Assembly (NCBI GenBank): GCA_963735595.1
Contig: CAVTLK010000005.1
Span: 608,001 to 672,000 of the forward strand
Length of the DNA stretch: 64,000 nt
Reading direction: 5' to 3'
From: an uncultured delta proteobacterium
Lineage (GTDB): Bacteria; Desulfobacterota; Zymogenia; Zymogenales; Zymogenaceae
Below the pieces are notes generated by a model. It searched no databases and was not told the origin of the DNA. It was given only the letters and a program-made list of their open reading frames with translations. Shown piece by piece: positions 10,433 through 20,874 of the stretch. Positions within the stretch are counted from its first letter, which is position 1, and every line of letters begins with the position of its first letter. Both the position numbers and the translations under genes were made by a program.

Positions 10433-11702
10433 GGGTGGGACGGTAATCGATCCTGAGGCGGGATTCGAGGGGCCGGCCGATATCATCGTCGAAGACGGCA
10501 GGATCGCCGGAATCGTTAAGCCCGGCGCCGGCCCTGCGGAAACGGAAATTATCAACGCAAAGGGTTGTATCGTCTGCCCGGGATTCGTGGACATCCATAC
10601 CCATCTCAGGGAGCCGGGCTACGAGTATAAGGAGACCATAGCCAGCGGCAGCCGCGCCGCGGCGGCAGGCGGTGTCACCTCGATGGCCTGCATGGCAAAT
10701 ACTAACCCCGTCAACGACAACGGCTCTGTTACCGAGTTTATCCTGAAGCAGGCGCGTGCCGACGCGGTAGTCAGGGTCTATCCCATCGGCGCGGTGACCA
10801 AGGGCCAGAAAGGGGAGACCCTTGCCGAGATCGGCGACATGCGGGAAGCGGGTGCGGTGGCGCTGTCCGACGACGGGAGCGTCATTGCGAATTCCGATTT
10901 GATGCGGCGCGGACTTGAATACGCCAAGACGTTCGGCCTGTGCGTGGTTACCCATTCTGAGGATTTGAGCCTCGTGGGCGAGGGCGTGATGAACGAGGGA
11001 TTCGTGTCCACGGAGCTGGGACTGCCGGCCTCGCCCCATGAGGCCGAAGAGATCATGATATTCCGGGACGTTACCCTGGCCGCGCTGACCGGCGCCCGCC
11101 TGCATGTCGCCCACGTGACGACGGCCGGCGGCGTTGCAATCATCCGCGAGGCCAAAAGACGGGGGGTTTCCGTAACCGCCGAGACCTGCCCCCACTACGT
11201 TACGCTCACCGACGACGCGGTTCGGACGTTTGACACCAACACGAAGGTCAACCCGCCCCTCAGGACCCGGGAAGACGTCGAGGCCGTCATCGAGGGGCTG
11301 GCCGACGGCACGATCGACGCCATTGCCTCCGACCACGCGCCCCACGTGAACGATGACAAGGAAGTGGAGTTCATCTACGCCAAGAGCGGGATGATCGGAC
11401 TGGAGACGCTGCTGCCGCTGTCCCTCGGGCTGGTCGAGCAAAAAAGGCTCTCCGTGGGCGGGCTTATCCGGGCCCTTACTGTGGCGCCGGCCGGAATCAT
11501 CGGGATTAAGGCGGGAACGCTTAAGGCGGGGGCGGTAGCAGACGTAACGGTCTTTGACCCCAACGAACAGTGGGTCTATGATGTCTCGAAGTCGTATTCC
11601 AAGAGCAGAAATACCCCTTTTGCGGACAAAACGATGCGGGGCCGGGTGAAGCTCACGATCGTCGGGGGGAAGGTGGTGTACCGTGATGGGCAGATTATAT
11701 AA
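10416..11702 (+). CDS. pyrC: Dihydroorotase
   Basis: [28 protein letters not shown]. Confidence 0.95.
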   Translation: MKMLIEGGTVIDPEAGFEGPADIIVEDGRIAGIVKPGAGPAETEIINAKGCIVCPGFVDIHTHLREPGYEYKETIASGSRAAAAGGVTSMACMANTNPVNDNGSVTEFILKQARADAVVRVYPIGAVTKGQKGETLAEIGDMREAGAVALSDDGSVIANSDLMRRGLEYAKTFGLCVVTHSEDLSLVGEGVMNEGFVSTELGLPASPHEAEEIMIFRDVTLAALTGARLHVAHVTTAGGVAIIREAKRRGVSVTAETCPHYVTLTDDAVRTFDTNTKVNPPLRTREDVEAVIEGLADGTIDAIASDHAPHVNDDKEVEFIYAKSGMIGLETLLPLSLGLVEQKRLSVGGLIRALTVAPAGIIGIKAGTLKAGAVADVTVFDPNEQWVYDVSKSYSKSRNTPFADKTMRGRVKLTIVGGKVVYRDGQII

Positions 11703-13184
11703 GGTTCCACGATTCGCGGCGCTGCTGATTGCGCTCCTGCCGCTTTCGTGCGCGAGCGCCGTCGATTACCAGGCGCGTTTCGAGGGATTCGAATCGAGCC
11801 GGTCGCTCATGGATGACTGGTACGGCGTCTATTTCGCGGACCGGAAGGTCGGGTGGGAACACATCGAGATCACCGGGGGCAGTATCGACGGCACCGACGT
11901 CATCCGTATCAGGGACGTCGGAAACGTCGTGTTCATCATAGAGGATGAGAATAATCCTGAAACATATATCAGCTCCGGTGAAGTGTTCCTTACCGATGAC
12001 GGCCGTCTCCTCGGTTTTAAGTATGATCAGTCGCAGAAAACCCACAAACTATCGATCGTCGGCGAAGCGAAAGAAGGGGTCGTCTATATCGATATCACGT
12101 CCGGCGGGACAACCCAAAGGGTCAAGTTCGATGAGTCTGCCCGAATCTATCCGGCCACGGCTCTGTCCTATTTCTCGCTGATCGAGGATATCTCCACCGG
12201 CAAGACCTATACCTACAGGGTCTTTTTAGAGGGCCTCAGGCTCACCGAAGACATCACCATCCGGATACTGGACCAGGAAGAAGTAACTGTCAACGGCCAA
12301 ACGGAGACCGCCTACCGCGTTGAAGGGACCATCCGCGGCTATACGTTCACTTCGTTTATGCGAGCCGACGGCACCGTCATCAAGCAGGTCACGATGGATA
12401 ACTTCGTGATGCTGCGTGAGACCAAAGAGCAGGCGATGCGGATGGACCCGGGTCCGGCCTGTCGATGTATGCTATCATCGACTACACGCAGATTACCCCC
12501 GACCGGCCGATTGCCGATCCGGCGGGCCTATCGGCCCTGACGGTCAGGATCACGGGCATCCCCGCGGGAATCACCCCCCTCGGAAGCGACATGCAGACCG
12601 TTTCCGGCCCGGACGAGGCGGGGGGGTATACCTATACGATTGCGCGCGCGGAACTGTCGGGTCTCTTGATCCCGGCGTATGGGGCCTTTCCGACGGAGAC
12701 GCAAGAGTACCTGACGCCGACGCTCGAGGTAGAAAGCTCCAGCCGGGAAATGACGGATACCGTCCGAAAGATCGTCGGTAAGCCCGGCGACCCCCTCTCT
12801 GACGCCAGGAAGATCACCGCGTGGGTATACAAGAATATTAATAAGCGGATGGTCGATACTACGTCCGCCCTAGACACCCTCAATTCTCTTGAGGGTGAGT
12901 GCCAGGCGCACGCGAACCTTGAGGCCGCGCTCCTTCGGGCGGCCGGGATACCGGCCAAGGTCGTATCGGGGATCGTCTATTCGGCCGATATCGGAGGATT
13001 CGCCTACCACTCGTGGAATGAGGTTTATCTGGGCTCCTGGGTCGGGGTGGACGCCTCCTTTGGCCAGTTCCCCGCGGACGTTACCCATATAAAATTCTCG
13101 GAGGGCGGCCCGGAGTCGATCATCGATACGATACCGCTGGTGGGGGCGATCGGGCTCCACGTGGTCGAGGAACGCCGGGACTGA
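11686..13184 (+). CDS. Transglutaminase-like lipoprotein, frameshift near 12450
   Basis: Lipobox-like LLPLSC; triad GECQAHA / YHSWNEVY / WVGVDAS. Confidence 0.8.
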
Positions 13185-13213
13185 TTCTTACCGGAGACAG
13201 TGGACAAAAAACC

Positions 13214-14620
13214 ATGGCAGAGGAAATAAAAAAGAAGGCGGTAAAGATACTCGTCGTCGATGACGAGATCAATATGCGCAATCTCTTTTCCATCATGCTC
13301 GCCAAAGAGGGTTATGATGTAGATACGGCCGAAGACGGCGCGGCGGCAGTCTCCCTGCTTGACACGAAGATATACGACCTGGTCATCACCGATATCATGA
13401 TGCCCAGGATGAAGGGCACCCAGCTCCTGAAAAAGGTAAAGGAGGTGCACCCGGAGACGGTCGTGATCATGATTACCGCCTACGCCTCCACGGAGAGCGC
13501 CGTCGAGGCGATGAAGGAGGGGGCGTATGACTACATCACCAAACCGTTCAATGTCGAAGAGATCAAGGTGATTATCCGCAAGGCGCTCGAACGGGGTAAG
13601 CTCGAACGGGAGAACCTTTTCCTCAAACGGGAGCTGGACAAAGGACACAGTTTTGAGAACATTATCGGGCTGTCGCCGGTAATGCAGAAGGTCTTTGACC
13701 TGGTGGAGCGGGTCTCCCAGACCAAGACTAATATCCTTGTCTCCGGCGAGTCGGGGACGGGAAAGGAATTGGTCGCCCGCGCAATACATAACAAGAGCCA
13801 GCGAAAGAACCGCCCCTTCGTCGTAATAAACTGCGGCGGTATCCCCGAGAACCTCCTGGAGAGCGATCTCTTCGGGCACGTGAAGGGGTCATTTACGGGG
13901 GCGATATCGCACAAGGAAGGCCTCTTTGAGGTCGCCGATACGGGCACGCTCTTCCTGGATGAGGTGGGCGAACTAACCGCGCCCATCCAGGTTAAGCTGC
14001 TGCGGGCAATACAGGAGAGGACCTTTAAGCGGGTCGGAGGGACCGAGGATATCTCGGTGGATGTCAGGATTATCGCCGCCACCAATAAGGACCTCGAGCA
14101 GGAGGTGATCACAGGGAAGTTCCGGGAAGACCTGTACTGGCGGCTTAAGGTCATCGAGGTGAAGCTTCCTCCGCTGCGTGAACGGAAGGAAGATATCGTG
14201 CTGCTGGCGGAGCATTTCCTGATGAAGTTTGCGGCCGAGCAGGGCAAGGAGATAAAGAAGATATCGTCCTACGCGCTGGAGGTGCTCAAAGACTATGCCT
14301 TTCCCGGAAACGTGCGGGAACTGGAAAACATCATCGAGCGCTCGGTGGCGCTTGAGCATTCCAATATTGTGCTGCCGGAGAGCCTGGCGCTATCGGTATA
14401 TAAGTGGAACGGGGCGGTAGACCGGAAGGAGAAGGCCGCCGATATTCTTACCAAGGGATTTTCGATGGAACGCTATATCGAAGACCTGGAAAAGGAGCTC
14501 ATCAGCGAAGCGCTTGCGCGATGCGGCGGCAGGAAGAAAGACGCCGCGGGGATCCTGGGCATCAGCTACTGGGTGCTGCTGCGCAAAATAGAAAAGTACG
14601 GGCTGGGCACGGGGCATTGA
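13214..14620 (+). CDS. pilR: Sigma54-dependent response regulator, PilR-like
   Basis: Receiver domain, GESGTGKE, GSFTGA, FREDLYWRL, PGNVREL, HTH; directly upstream of pilin with sigma54 promoter. Confidence 0.88.
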   Translation: MAEEIKKKAVKILVVDDEINMRNLFSIMLAKEGYDVDTAEDGAAAVSLLDTKIYDLVITDIMMPRMKGTQLLKKVKEVHPETVVIMITAYASTESAVEAMKEGAYDYITKPFNVEEIKVIIRKALERGKLERENLFLKRELDKGHSFENIIGLSPVMQKVFDLVERVSQTKTNILVSGESGTGKELVARAIHNKSQRKNRPFVVINCGGIPENLLESDLFGHVKGSFTGAISHKEGLFEVADTGTLFLDEVGELTAPIQVKLLRAIQERTFKRVGGTEDISVDVRIIAATNKDLEQEVITGKFREDLYWRLKVIEVKLPPLRERKEDIVLLAEHFLMKFAAEQGKEIKKISSYALEVLKDYAFPGNVRELENIIERSVALEHSNIVLPESLALSVYKWNGAVDRKEKAADILTKGFSMERYIEDLEKELISEALARCGGRKKDAAGILGISYWVLLRKIEKYGLGTGH

Positions 14621-14805
14621 CGGCCGGCCATTGACCGCGAATACGCCGGCAATTGCCGCAATTGCCGTTTCGCAATAGATTTTTGTAAATGCGCAATTTG
14701 AGCACCGCGGCCGACCGTGCCGTCAAGGGGCGGTTTGGGGAAATTTTTTTATGTAATGAATCCGGTGTGTTACGAGCAGGTAAATGGAACATGGGGAAAT
14801 CAGAT

Positions 14806-14821
14806 TGGCATTGATATTGCA
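14806..14821 (+). promoter_or_regulatory. Sigma54 (-24/-12) promoter of pilA
   Basis: TGGCA-TTGATA-TTGCA with GG-N10-GC spacing. Confidence 0.85.
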
Positions 14822-14865
14822 GTTATAACTCAGTGCATGACTTTAAAAAGAAAGGAGGTGTCTTC

Positions 14866-15345
14866 ATGCTAAACAAGATGCGTAACAGAAAGGGTTTTAC
14901 CCTCATCGAGTTGATGATTGTTGTGGCTATTATCGCGATCTTGGCGGCCATTGCCATCCCTAACTTCCTCAAGTTCCAGGCCAAGTCCAAGCAGTCCGAA
15001 GCCAGGACGCTGTTGACCGGTGTGTACGAGGCGGAAATGGGCTACTTCGCAACGGAGAATACGTTCTCGGGCGATGCGGAATTGATCGGCTTTGAGCCGG
15101 CGTCCGTCCCCAAGTACTACATCAACCCGGCGGATGCGGGCTGGATTACCGCGAATGCGATTTACCACTTCACCTCGACGACCTCGGCCAACATCGACCG
15201 GGACAACTTCAGGGATGGATGGGTCGAGACCGATGACTCCCGCGAGCCTCAGAACATTCTCCCCTCGACTATGGACCGTGACGCTGGTGCCGATCCCGGC
15301 ACGCAGGTTACCGGTGATACCGGCGACGACGTCTCGCAGGATTGA
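14866..15345 (+). CDS. pilA: Type IVa major pilin
   Basis: SD AAAGGAGG; RNRKG/FTLIELMIVVAIIAILAAIAIPNFLKFQAKSKQSEA prepilin motif. Confidence 0.95.
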   Translation: MLNKMRNRKGFTLIELMIVVAIIAILAAIAIPNFLKFQAKSKQSEARTLLTGVYEAEMGYFATENTFSGDAELIGFEPASVPKYYINPADAGWITANAIYHFTSTTSANIDRDNFRDGWVETDDSREPQNILPSTMDRDAGADPGTQVTGDTGDDVSQD

Positions 15346-15381
15346 TGCTGATCACGTAGCTTTTTTCCTATCGGAAAATCT

Positions 15382-15414
15382 AAGGCAGAGTTTGAAAAAC
15401 TCTGCCTTTTTTTT
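15382..15414 (+). terminator. Intrinsic terminator after pilA
   Basis: aaggcagagttt-gaa-aaactctgcctt followed by T run. Confidence 0.85.
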
Positions 15415-15436
15415 AATTTTATGATATATATAACCC

Positions 15437-17593
15437 ATGAAGATTATCCCGCTCCTGAAACGAAACGCCTCCCGCTATCTTCCGTGGCTTGTCTTCTCGG
15501 CCTCTTTTTTCGTCTACCTCGTCACGCTGTGCCCAACCTTCTACTGGCGCGATTCCGCGGAATTTGTTGACGCCGCCTTTGCGCTCGGGGTGGCGCACCC
15601 GGCGGGGTTCCCGACCTACCTGCCGCTGGCCAATCTCATGACCTACCTTCCCTTTGGGCCGATTGCCTTCAAGATAAACCTGCTGTCGGCCTTGATGGGC
15701 GCGGGCGCGTCGGTCGCCCTTTATTTCCTGACCCTCCGCCTTATCCGTTCCCTCGGGGGAGAGCAGAACGGCCGCGCCCTTTTCTTCTCGTCGGCGACGG
15801 CGCTGGCGTTTGCCTTCTCCTTTTCGTTATGGGAGAGCTCCGTATCGGCCGAGGTCTACGCCGGTATAGCAATGGTGTCGGCGCTTCTGCTGTTATGGTC
15901 GATTATCTGGGCCGAGACGGCCGATATACGGTTCCTGTTTGCGGGATCGTTTCTCCTGGGGCTTGCCGCGGGGCTGCACGCCACCGCCGCCTTCTTTGCC
16001 CCGGCGCTGGTGTTGTTCGTTATCCTCCACTACAAGGGAAGGCTCAAGCCCGCCGATCCGGTCATGATTCTATTCTTCTTTATCGTGGGATTTTCGATCT
16101 ATATATACCTTCCCTTTCGGTCGGCGGCCGGTCCCCACATAGACTGGGGAAACGCGAAAACCTTAGACGGCTTTCTTGTCCAGATCCTCGACAAGAAGGA
16201 TACGGCGTATCACTTCGCGGTATCCCGGGGCGGATTATTTGAAAAGATCGGCATATTCTTTTACATACTTATTCGGGAGCTGACCCCCGTCTGGCCGCTC
16301 GCAGCGCTCTATGGGTTTTACCTCGTTTTCAGAAAGAACTGGCGGCTGTTTTCTCTTCTTACCCTCTTCGGCGCGGTGCACATCGCCTTCTTTGTCTGGT
16401 ATTGGAGCGTCGGGACGATATATATGCCGTTCTACGCGGCGGTCATGGCGGCGGGCGGAGCGGGGCTCTTTTTCCTGTACGAGCGGCTGTCTGCAATCGG
16501 CGCTCGAGGGGTAAACGCGGCGCGGATTCTGGCCGTCATCGCGGCGGGCCTGGTCTGCTTCAATCTCCTGTTCAACTTCAGCAAGCTAAACAAATCCGAC
16601 TATTATGCGGCGGAGGATTTCACCAACTCCGATTTCTACCGGTTCGACTACGGCGCCATGGTCGTGACAAACCTCCTCTGGCCGAACTTCTTCTGCCTCC
16701 AGGACGTGGAGCGGCTCCGTGAGGACCTGGTAATTATAGCGGTCGGCGATATCATCCAGCCCGACTATTTCAATCGCTTTACCGCGGAAAAATTTCCGGA
16801 CCTGATCGTTCCGGAAATGCACCTGGACAGGAGCACCGGTTTGACCTTCCTCAAGAACCTGATATTCCTCAATTATCGGCAACGTCCGGTATATATCGGG
16901 CCCGATGAGGATATCGTCATGAAACTCACCTATCGGCTGCTGCCGGAGGTCCTCTTCTTCAAGCTGGTCACTGAGGAGGAGGCCAAGGCGCCGCCGGACC
17001 GGTATTATGAAGAATACGTTGAGCGGATCGATCATTTTACCAAGCGACAGATAGAGACGATGGGTGACGATTTTTTCACCGACCAGGTCTTTGCCGATTA
17101 CTACCGGGTCGTTTTTAACACGCTTTCCTCGTTTTTCATTCACCGGAAATTGTGGGACGTGGAACTGGAGGTGTTACAATACTCGGCGCTTTTCAACTCT
17201 CTAACGGCCAAACAGATGGTCGATACCGGGATCGCGCTAATGAATCTCGGAGAGTTTGCCGATGCCGAGGGTGCGTTCAAGAAGGCCCTCGCGATAGAGC
17301 CGACCGACAGGCGGGGGCATGTTCAACTCGGACGTCTCTACCTCCTGAAGAAACAGTACGAAGATGCGCAGAAGGAATTCGAGACGGCGCTCCGGCTGGG
17401 CGACAAGTTCTCCGCCTACTACGGCATGGGCATGATAGCCTATGACCGGGGGGATACGGCGGAAGCCCAAAGGCTCCTGAAGAAGGCAATGGAATCGGCA
17501 AACTCGAAGACCCCTGAACCGGAAAAGGAGGCGGTCCGCACGATCCTCTACGAACTTGCGGACACCGCCGGCGCCCCCTCAGACGACCTATGA
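15437..17593 (+). CDS. DUF2723 (TMEM260-like, GT-C) membrane glycosyltransferase with C-terminal TPR repeats
   Basis: YWRDSAEF...LGVAHPAGFPTY, SAEVY, YIYLPFRS..P.IDWG; many TM helices; TPR-like tail. Confidence 0.85.
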   Translation: MKIIPLLKRNASRYLPWLVFSASFFVYLVTLCPTFYWRDSAEFVDAAFALGVAHPAGFPTYLPLANLMTYLPFGPIAFKINLLSALMGAGASVALYFLTLRLIRSLGGEQNGRALFFSSATALAFAFSFSLWESSVSAEVYAGIAMVSALLLLWSIIWAETADIRFLFAGSFLLGLAAGLHATAAFFAPALVLFVILHYKGRLKPADPVMILFFFIVGFSIYIYLPFRSAAGPHIDWGNAKTLDGFLVQILDKKDTAYHFAVSRGGLFEKIGIFFYILIRELTPVWPLAALYGFYLVFRKNWRLFSLLTLFGAVHIAFFVWYWSVGTIYMPFYAAVMAAGGAGLFFLYERLSAIGARGVNAARILAVIAAGLVCFNLLFNFSKLNKSDYYAAEDFTNSDFYRFDYGAMVVTNLLWPNFFCLQDVERLREDLVIIAVGDIIQPDYFNRFTAEKFPDLIVPEMHLDRSTGLTFLKNLIFLNYRQRPVYIGPDEDIVMKLTYRLLPEVLFFKLVTEEEAKAPPDRYYEEYVERIDHFTKRQIETMGDDFFTDQVFADYYRVVFNTLSSFFIHRKLWDVELEVLQYSALFNSLTAKQMVDTGIALMNLGEFADAEGAFKKALAIEPTDRRGHVQLGRLYLLKKQYEDAQKEFETALRLGDKFSAYYGMGMIAYDRGDTAEAQRLLKKAMESANSKTPEPEKEAVRTILYELADTAGAPSDDL

Positions 17594-17689
17594 GCGCGTC
17601 CTTTGCGGCTAACCGGGGAAGGCCGCAGGTTGATGCCGCTCACGGGGCGGCAAGGTGACGGTAAGGGATAATCCCGAGAGATACCAATT

Positions 17690-18640
17690 ATGCGAAAAAA
17701 GAAGAGGCTGTGCGTAGTCATTCCGGCGTATAACGTCGGCCCGCTGGTGGTTCGGGTGCTGGACGGGCTTCCCGATTTCATTGACCGGGCGGTCGTCGTG
17801 GACGACGCGAGCACCGACGATACCGCGCGCCGGGTCTCCGAATACCGGGGACGCTTCGCGGGGGAGGTGTCCCTCATCACGCTGCCGAAGAACTCGGGGG
17901 TCGGCGCGGCTATCGCCCGGGGGTACCGGGATGCCCTGGAACAGGGAGAGGACGTGGCGATTGTCATGGCCGGTGATAACCAGATGGACCCCGGTGATCT
18001 CCCGGCGATCATCGACCCGGTGGCAAGCGGCCACTGTGACTATACCAAGGGGAATCGGCTCTTCATGGGCGGGGCCTGGAAGATGATCCCCAAGGTCAGA
18101 TACCTCGGCAATTCCTTCCTGTCGCTGTTGACCAAGGTCGCATCGGGGTACTGGCACGTGGCCGACTCCCAATCCGGATATACCGCGATCAACCGGGAGA
18201 CGCTGGCCAAGATCGACCTTGACGACATCTACCCCCGCTACGGGATGCCCAACGATCTACTCATCAAGCTCAACATCGTCGGCGCGCGGGTCAGAGACGT
18301 GCCGGTCAAACCCGTCTATAACGTGGGGGAAAAATCGGGGATCAGGCTCTACAAGGTAATTCCCACGATTACCTGGCTCTTGATTGAGGGCTTCTTTACA
18401 CGGATGACCAGGAAGTATATCATCTTCGATTTTCATCCGCTGGTCTTCTTCTACGTCATGGGCCTGGTTTTGGCCCCCGTCGGCGGGATATTCGGGTTAT
18501 ACCTCTTTGTCTTGAGGGTCCTCGGGCACGGGGTGGCCGTTACGAGCGCGCTGTTCGCGGCCTTCCTGTTCATCTCGGGGCTCCAGTCTCTCTTCTTTGC
18601 CATGTGGTTCGATATGGAGTATAATAAAAACCTCAAATAG
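17690..18640 (+). CDS. GT2 glycosyltransferase, polyprenol-phosphate sugar synthase-like, two C-terminal TM helices
   Basis: VVIPAYN, VVDDASTD, MAGDNQMDP, DSQSGY. Confidence 0.9.
   Translation: MRKKKRLCVVIPAYNVGPLVVRVLDGLPDFIDRAVVVDDASTDDTARRVSEYRGRFAGEVSLITLPKNSGVGAAIARGYRDALEQGEDVAIVMAGDNQMDPGDLPAIIDPVASGHCDYTKGNRLFMGGAWKMIPKVRYLGNSFLSLLTKVASGYWHVADSQSGYTAINRETLAKIDLDDIYPRYGMPNDLLIKLNIVGARVRDVPVKPVYNVGEKSGIRLYKVIPTITWLLIEGFFTRMTRKYIIFDFHPLVFFYVMGLVLAPVGGIFGLYLFVLRVLGHGVAVTSALFAAFLFISGLQSLFFAMWFDMEYNKNLK
18550..18633 (+). repeat. Copy A of 84-bp imperfect direct repeat (3' end of GT2 gene)
   Basis: 74/84 identical to 19565..19648 by hand alignment. Confidence 0.9.
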
Positions 18641-18723
18641 TTACGTATATTGCAAGGCGATCGGGAAAAGAGCTGCGGCGCGGCGCCGGCCGGCAGATCT
18701 TTGATAGTTAGATGGACCCTCCT

Positions 18724-19494
18724 ATGAATAAAACCCGGTATCAACTCGGATTCTCGGAACAACACGCCGACGAGATGTACGATGAAAAAAAGCGAAGAAT
18801 AAAGGGTAAGAAGACGCTTTCGGTGCTCAGTGACGTCCTATCAAAAGAAGGCAAAAATCCCGCGGCTCTGAACCTGCTGGACATAGGCTGTTCCACCGGG
18901 TTTATGACGAAATTATACGCCCGGCAATTTAAAAAAGTGACGGGAATTGACATTGACAAGGACGCGGTTCTTTTCGCCGGCGCGCGTAATCGCCCCATAA
19001 ATACCCGCTATGTAGTATCCGATTGCCTCCAGACCGGTTTTTCCCCCGAGTCTTTTGATATAGTAACGTGCACCCAGATCTACGAGCACGTTCCGGATGC
19101 ACGGCAATTGATGAGGGAGATACGCCGGGTCCTCAAGACGGGCGGTATCTGTTACTTTGCCGCGGGCAATCGACTCAACCTCGTTGAAGGGCACTATGGC
19201 CTGCCCCTGCTATCGGTTATGCCAAAGACGCTCGGCCATGTTTACCTGAGAATCACCGGAAAGGGAAAATACTATTACGAGAGGCATTTGACTCTGATGG
19301 GGCTCAGGAGGCTGGTAAGGGATTTTGAGATAATTGACTACACGAAGAAAATTGTCGATGAACCGGCCCGTTATAGCGCCACCGATATGCTTATCCCCGG
19401 AACCGTAACGCATCGAATTGCCCGCATTGCAATCAGGGCGGCCTATTTTCTCTGCCCGACATACATATGGGTTTTAAGGAAGAGAATTCCGTAA
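18724..19494 (+). CDS. Class I SAM-dependent methyltransferase
   Basis: LLDIGCSTG, GIDID, FDIVTCTQIYEHV, RVLKTGG; visibly more AT-rich than neighbours. Confidence 0.88.
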   Translation: MNKTRYQLGFSEQHADEMYDEKKRRIKGKKTLSVLSDVLSKEGKNPAALNLLDIGCSTGFMTKLYARQFKKVTGIDIDKDAVLFAGARNRPINTRYVVSDCLQTGFSPESFDIVTCTQIYEHVPDARQLMREIRRVLKTGGICYFAAGNRLNLVEGHYGLPLLSVMPKTLGHVYLRITGKGKYYYERHLTLMGLRRLVRDFEIIDYTKKIVDEPARYSATDMLIPGTVTHRIARIAIRAAYFLCPTYIWVLRKRIP

Positions 19495-19564
19495 AAGGCC
19501 TCCCACGTGCGTCGTGGAGCCGTCGGCCTATTGTGAGACGCGGCGCAGCGGTTATGAAGAGAGT

Positions 19565-19648
19565 GCTGTTTGCCGCCTTCCCGTTCTTCTCCGGGCTCCA
19601 GTCTCTCTTCTTTGCCATGTAGCTCGATCTGGAGTATAATAGAAACTT
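19565..19648 (+). pseudogene. Remnant second copy of GT2 3' end with TGG>TAG stop
   Basis: LFAAFPFFSGLQSLFFAM*LDLEYNRNL vs LFAAFLFISGLQSLFFAMWFDMEYNKNL. Confidence 0.85.
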
Positions 19649-19681
19649 ACGGCGATACGATATAGAAACCTGACGGCGTGA

Positions 19682-20869
19682 ATGAAAATCCTGCTGGTAA
19701 CGAGCTCTTTTCCCCGCTGGCCGGGGGATTGGGCGGGGGTATTTATCCTGAGCCTCGGGCGCGCCCTGGCGGTGCGCGGGCACGAGATAACCGTCCTCTG
19801 CCCTCATGCCCGGGGCCTGCCGCTGCGCGACGAGATGGACGGCGTACGTATCGAGCGTTTTCGCTATGCGTGGCCGGCCTCACTTCAGACGCTGGCCTAC
19901 GGCGGGGGCATGCTTAACAACGTGAGACAGAACCGGCTGCGGATGCTCCTGGTCGTGCCGTATGTACTGGCGCTGGGGATGCGAATGAGGGCGCTGTTAC
20001 GCAGACATGATATCGTCAATGCGCATTTCCTGATTCCCCAGGGGTTTACGGCCCGGCTCTTTAATGTCCGGGCCGTCGTCAGCCTCCACGGGACCGACGT
20101 GAACCTGAGCATGGGGGCGCTGGGTCGGCGCATCGTCCGCTTCGGCCTTTCGGAGGCGCCGGCGGTGACCGCCAACAGCGCGGCCACCGCGGCCCGCGCG
20201 GCCGGGATCGTCCGCGGCGATCGTCTGAGGGTTATCCCGATGGGCGTCGATGCCGCGGCTTTCCGCCCGGCGGGAAAACGGGCCGAGGCGTTCGGAAAAG
20301 ATGCTCCCCCCAGGATCATCTGTGTGGGGCGGCTCATCGCCCTCAAGGGCCAGCGGCACCTGATCGGGGCGCTGACGGCGATACGGGAGCAGATTCCCGG
20401 CGCGACCGTTACGCTGGTAGGAGACGGCCCGGACAGGGATTCATTGCTGCGGCACGCCCGGAAGTCCGGCGTTGCCGACGCCGTACGATTTATCGGTGAG
20501 GCGCCGCACGAGCGGATCGCGGGTCTCCTGGGCGAACACGATATCTTCGTATTGCCCTCCGTTATTCTCCCGAGCGGGGAGACCGAAGGGCTGGGAACGG
20601 TCCTCCTGGAGGCAATGGCGGCCGGGGTTCCCGTTATCGGGAGCGCGGTGGGGGGGATACCCGACATCATCAGGGACGGACGAAACGGGCTCCTGGTGCC
20701 CCCGCAGTCGCCCGACGCGATCGCCCGGGCAGTGGTGCGAATCGCGACGGACAGGGACCTGCGGGAGAGCCTGACGGAATCGGCCCGGCGGGACGTAGAG
20801 GAGCGCTTTTCCTGGGAGGTCATAGCGCAACAATTCGAGAAACTCTTTACTGACGTGATCGGCGAATAA
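19682..20869 (+). CDS. GT4 (GT-B) glycosyltransferase
   Basis: VTSSFPRW, VGRLIALKG, EGLGTVLLEAMAAG. Confidence 0.9.
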   Translation: MKILLVTSSFPRWPGDWAGVFILSLGRALAVRGHEITVLCPHARGLPLRDEMDGVRIERFRYAWPASLQTLAYGGGMLNNVRQNRLRMLLVVPYVLALGMRMRALLRRHDIVNAHFLIPQGFTARLFNVRAVVSLHGTDVNLSMGALGRRIVRFGLSEAPAVTANSAATAARAAGIVRGDRLRVIPMGVDAAAFRPAGKRAEAFGKDAPPRIICVGRLIALKGQRHLIGALTAIREQIPGATVTLVGDGPDRDSLLRHARKSGVADAVRFIGEAPHERIAGLLGEHDIFVLPSVILPSGETEGLGTVLLEAMAAGVPVIGSAVGGIPDIIRDGRNGLLVPPQSPDAIARAVVRIATDRDLRESLTESARRDVEERFSWEVIAQQFEKLFTDVIGE

Positions 20870-20874
20870 ATATT

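Noticed and set aside
14833..14865. In-frame upstream GTG suggesting a long PilA isoform as in Geobacter
   Set aside because: Lies at the predicted sigma54 start site with no SD, whereas ATG 14866 has a strong SD
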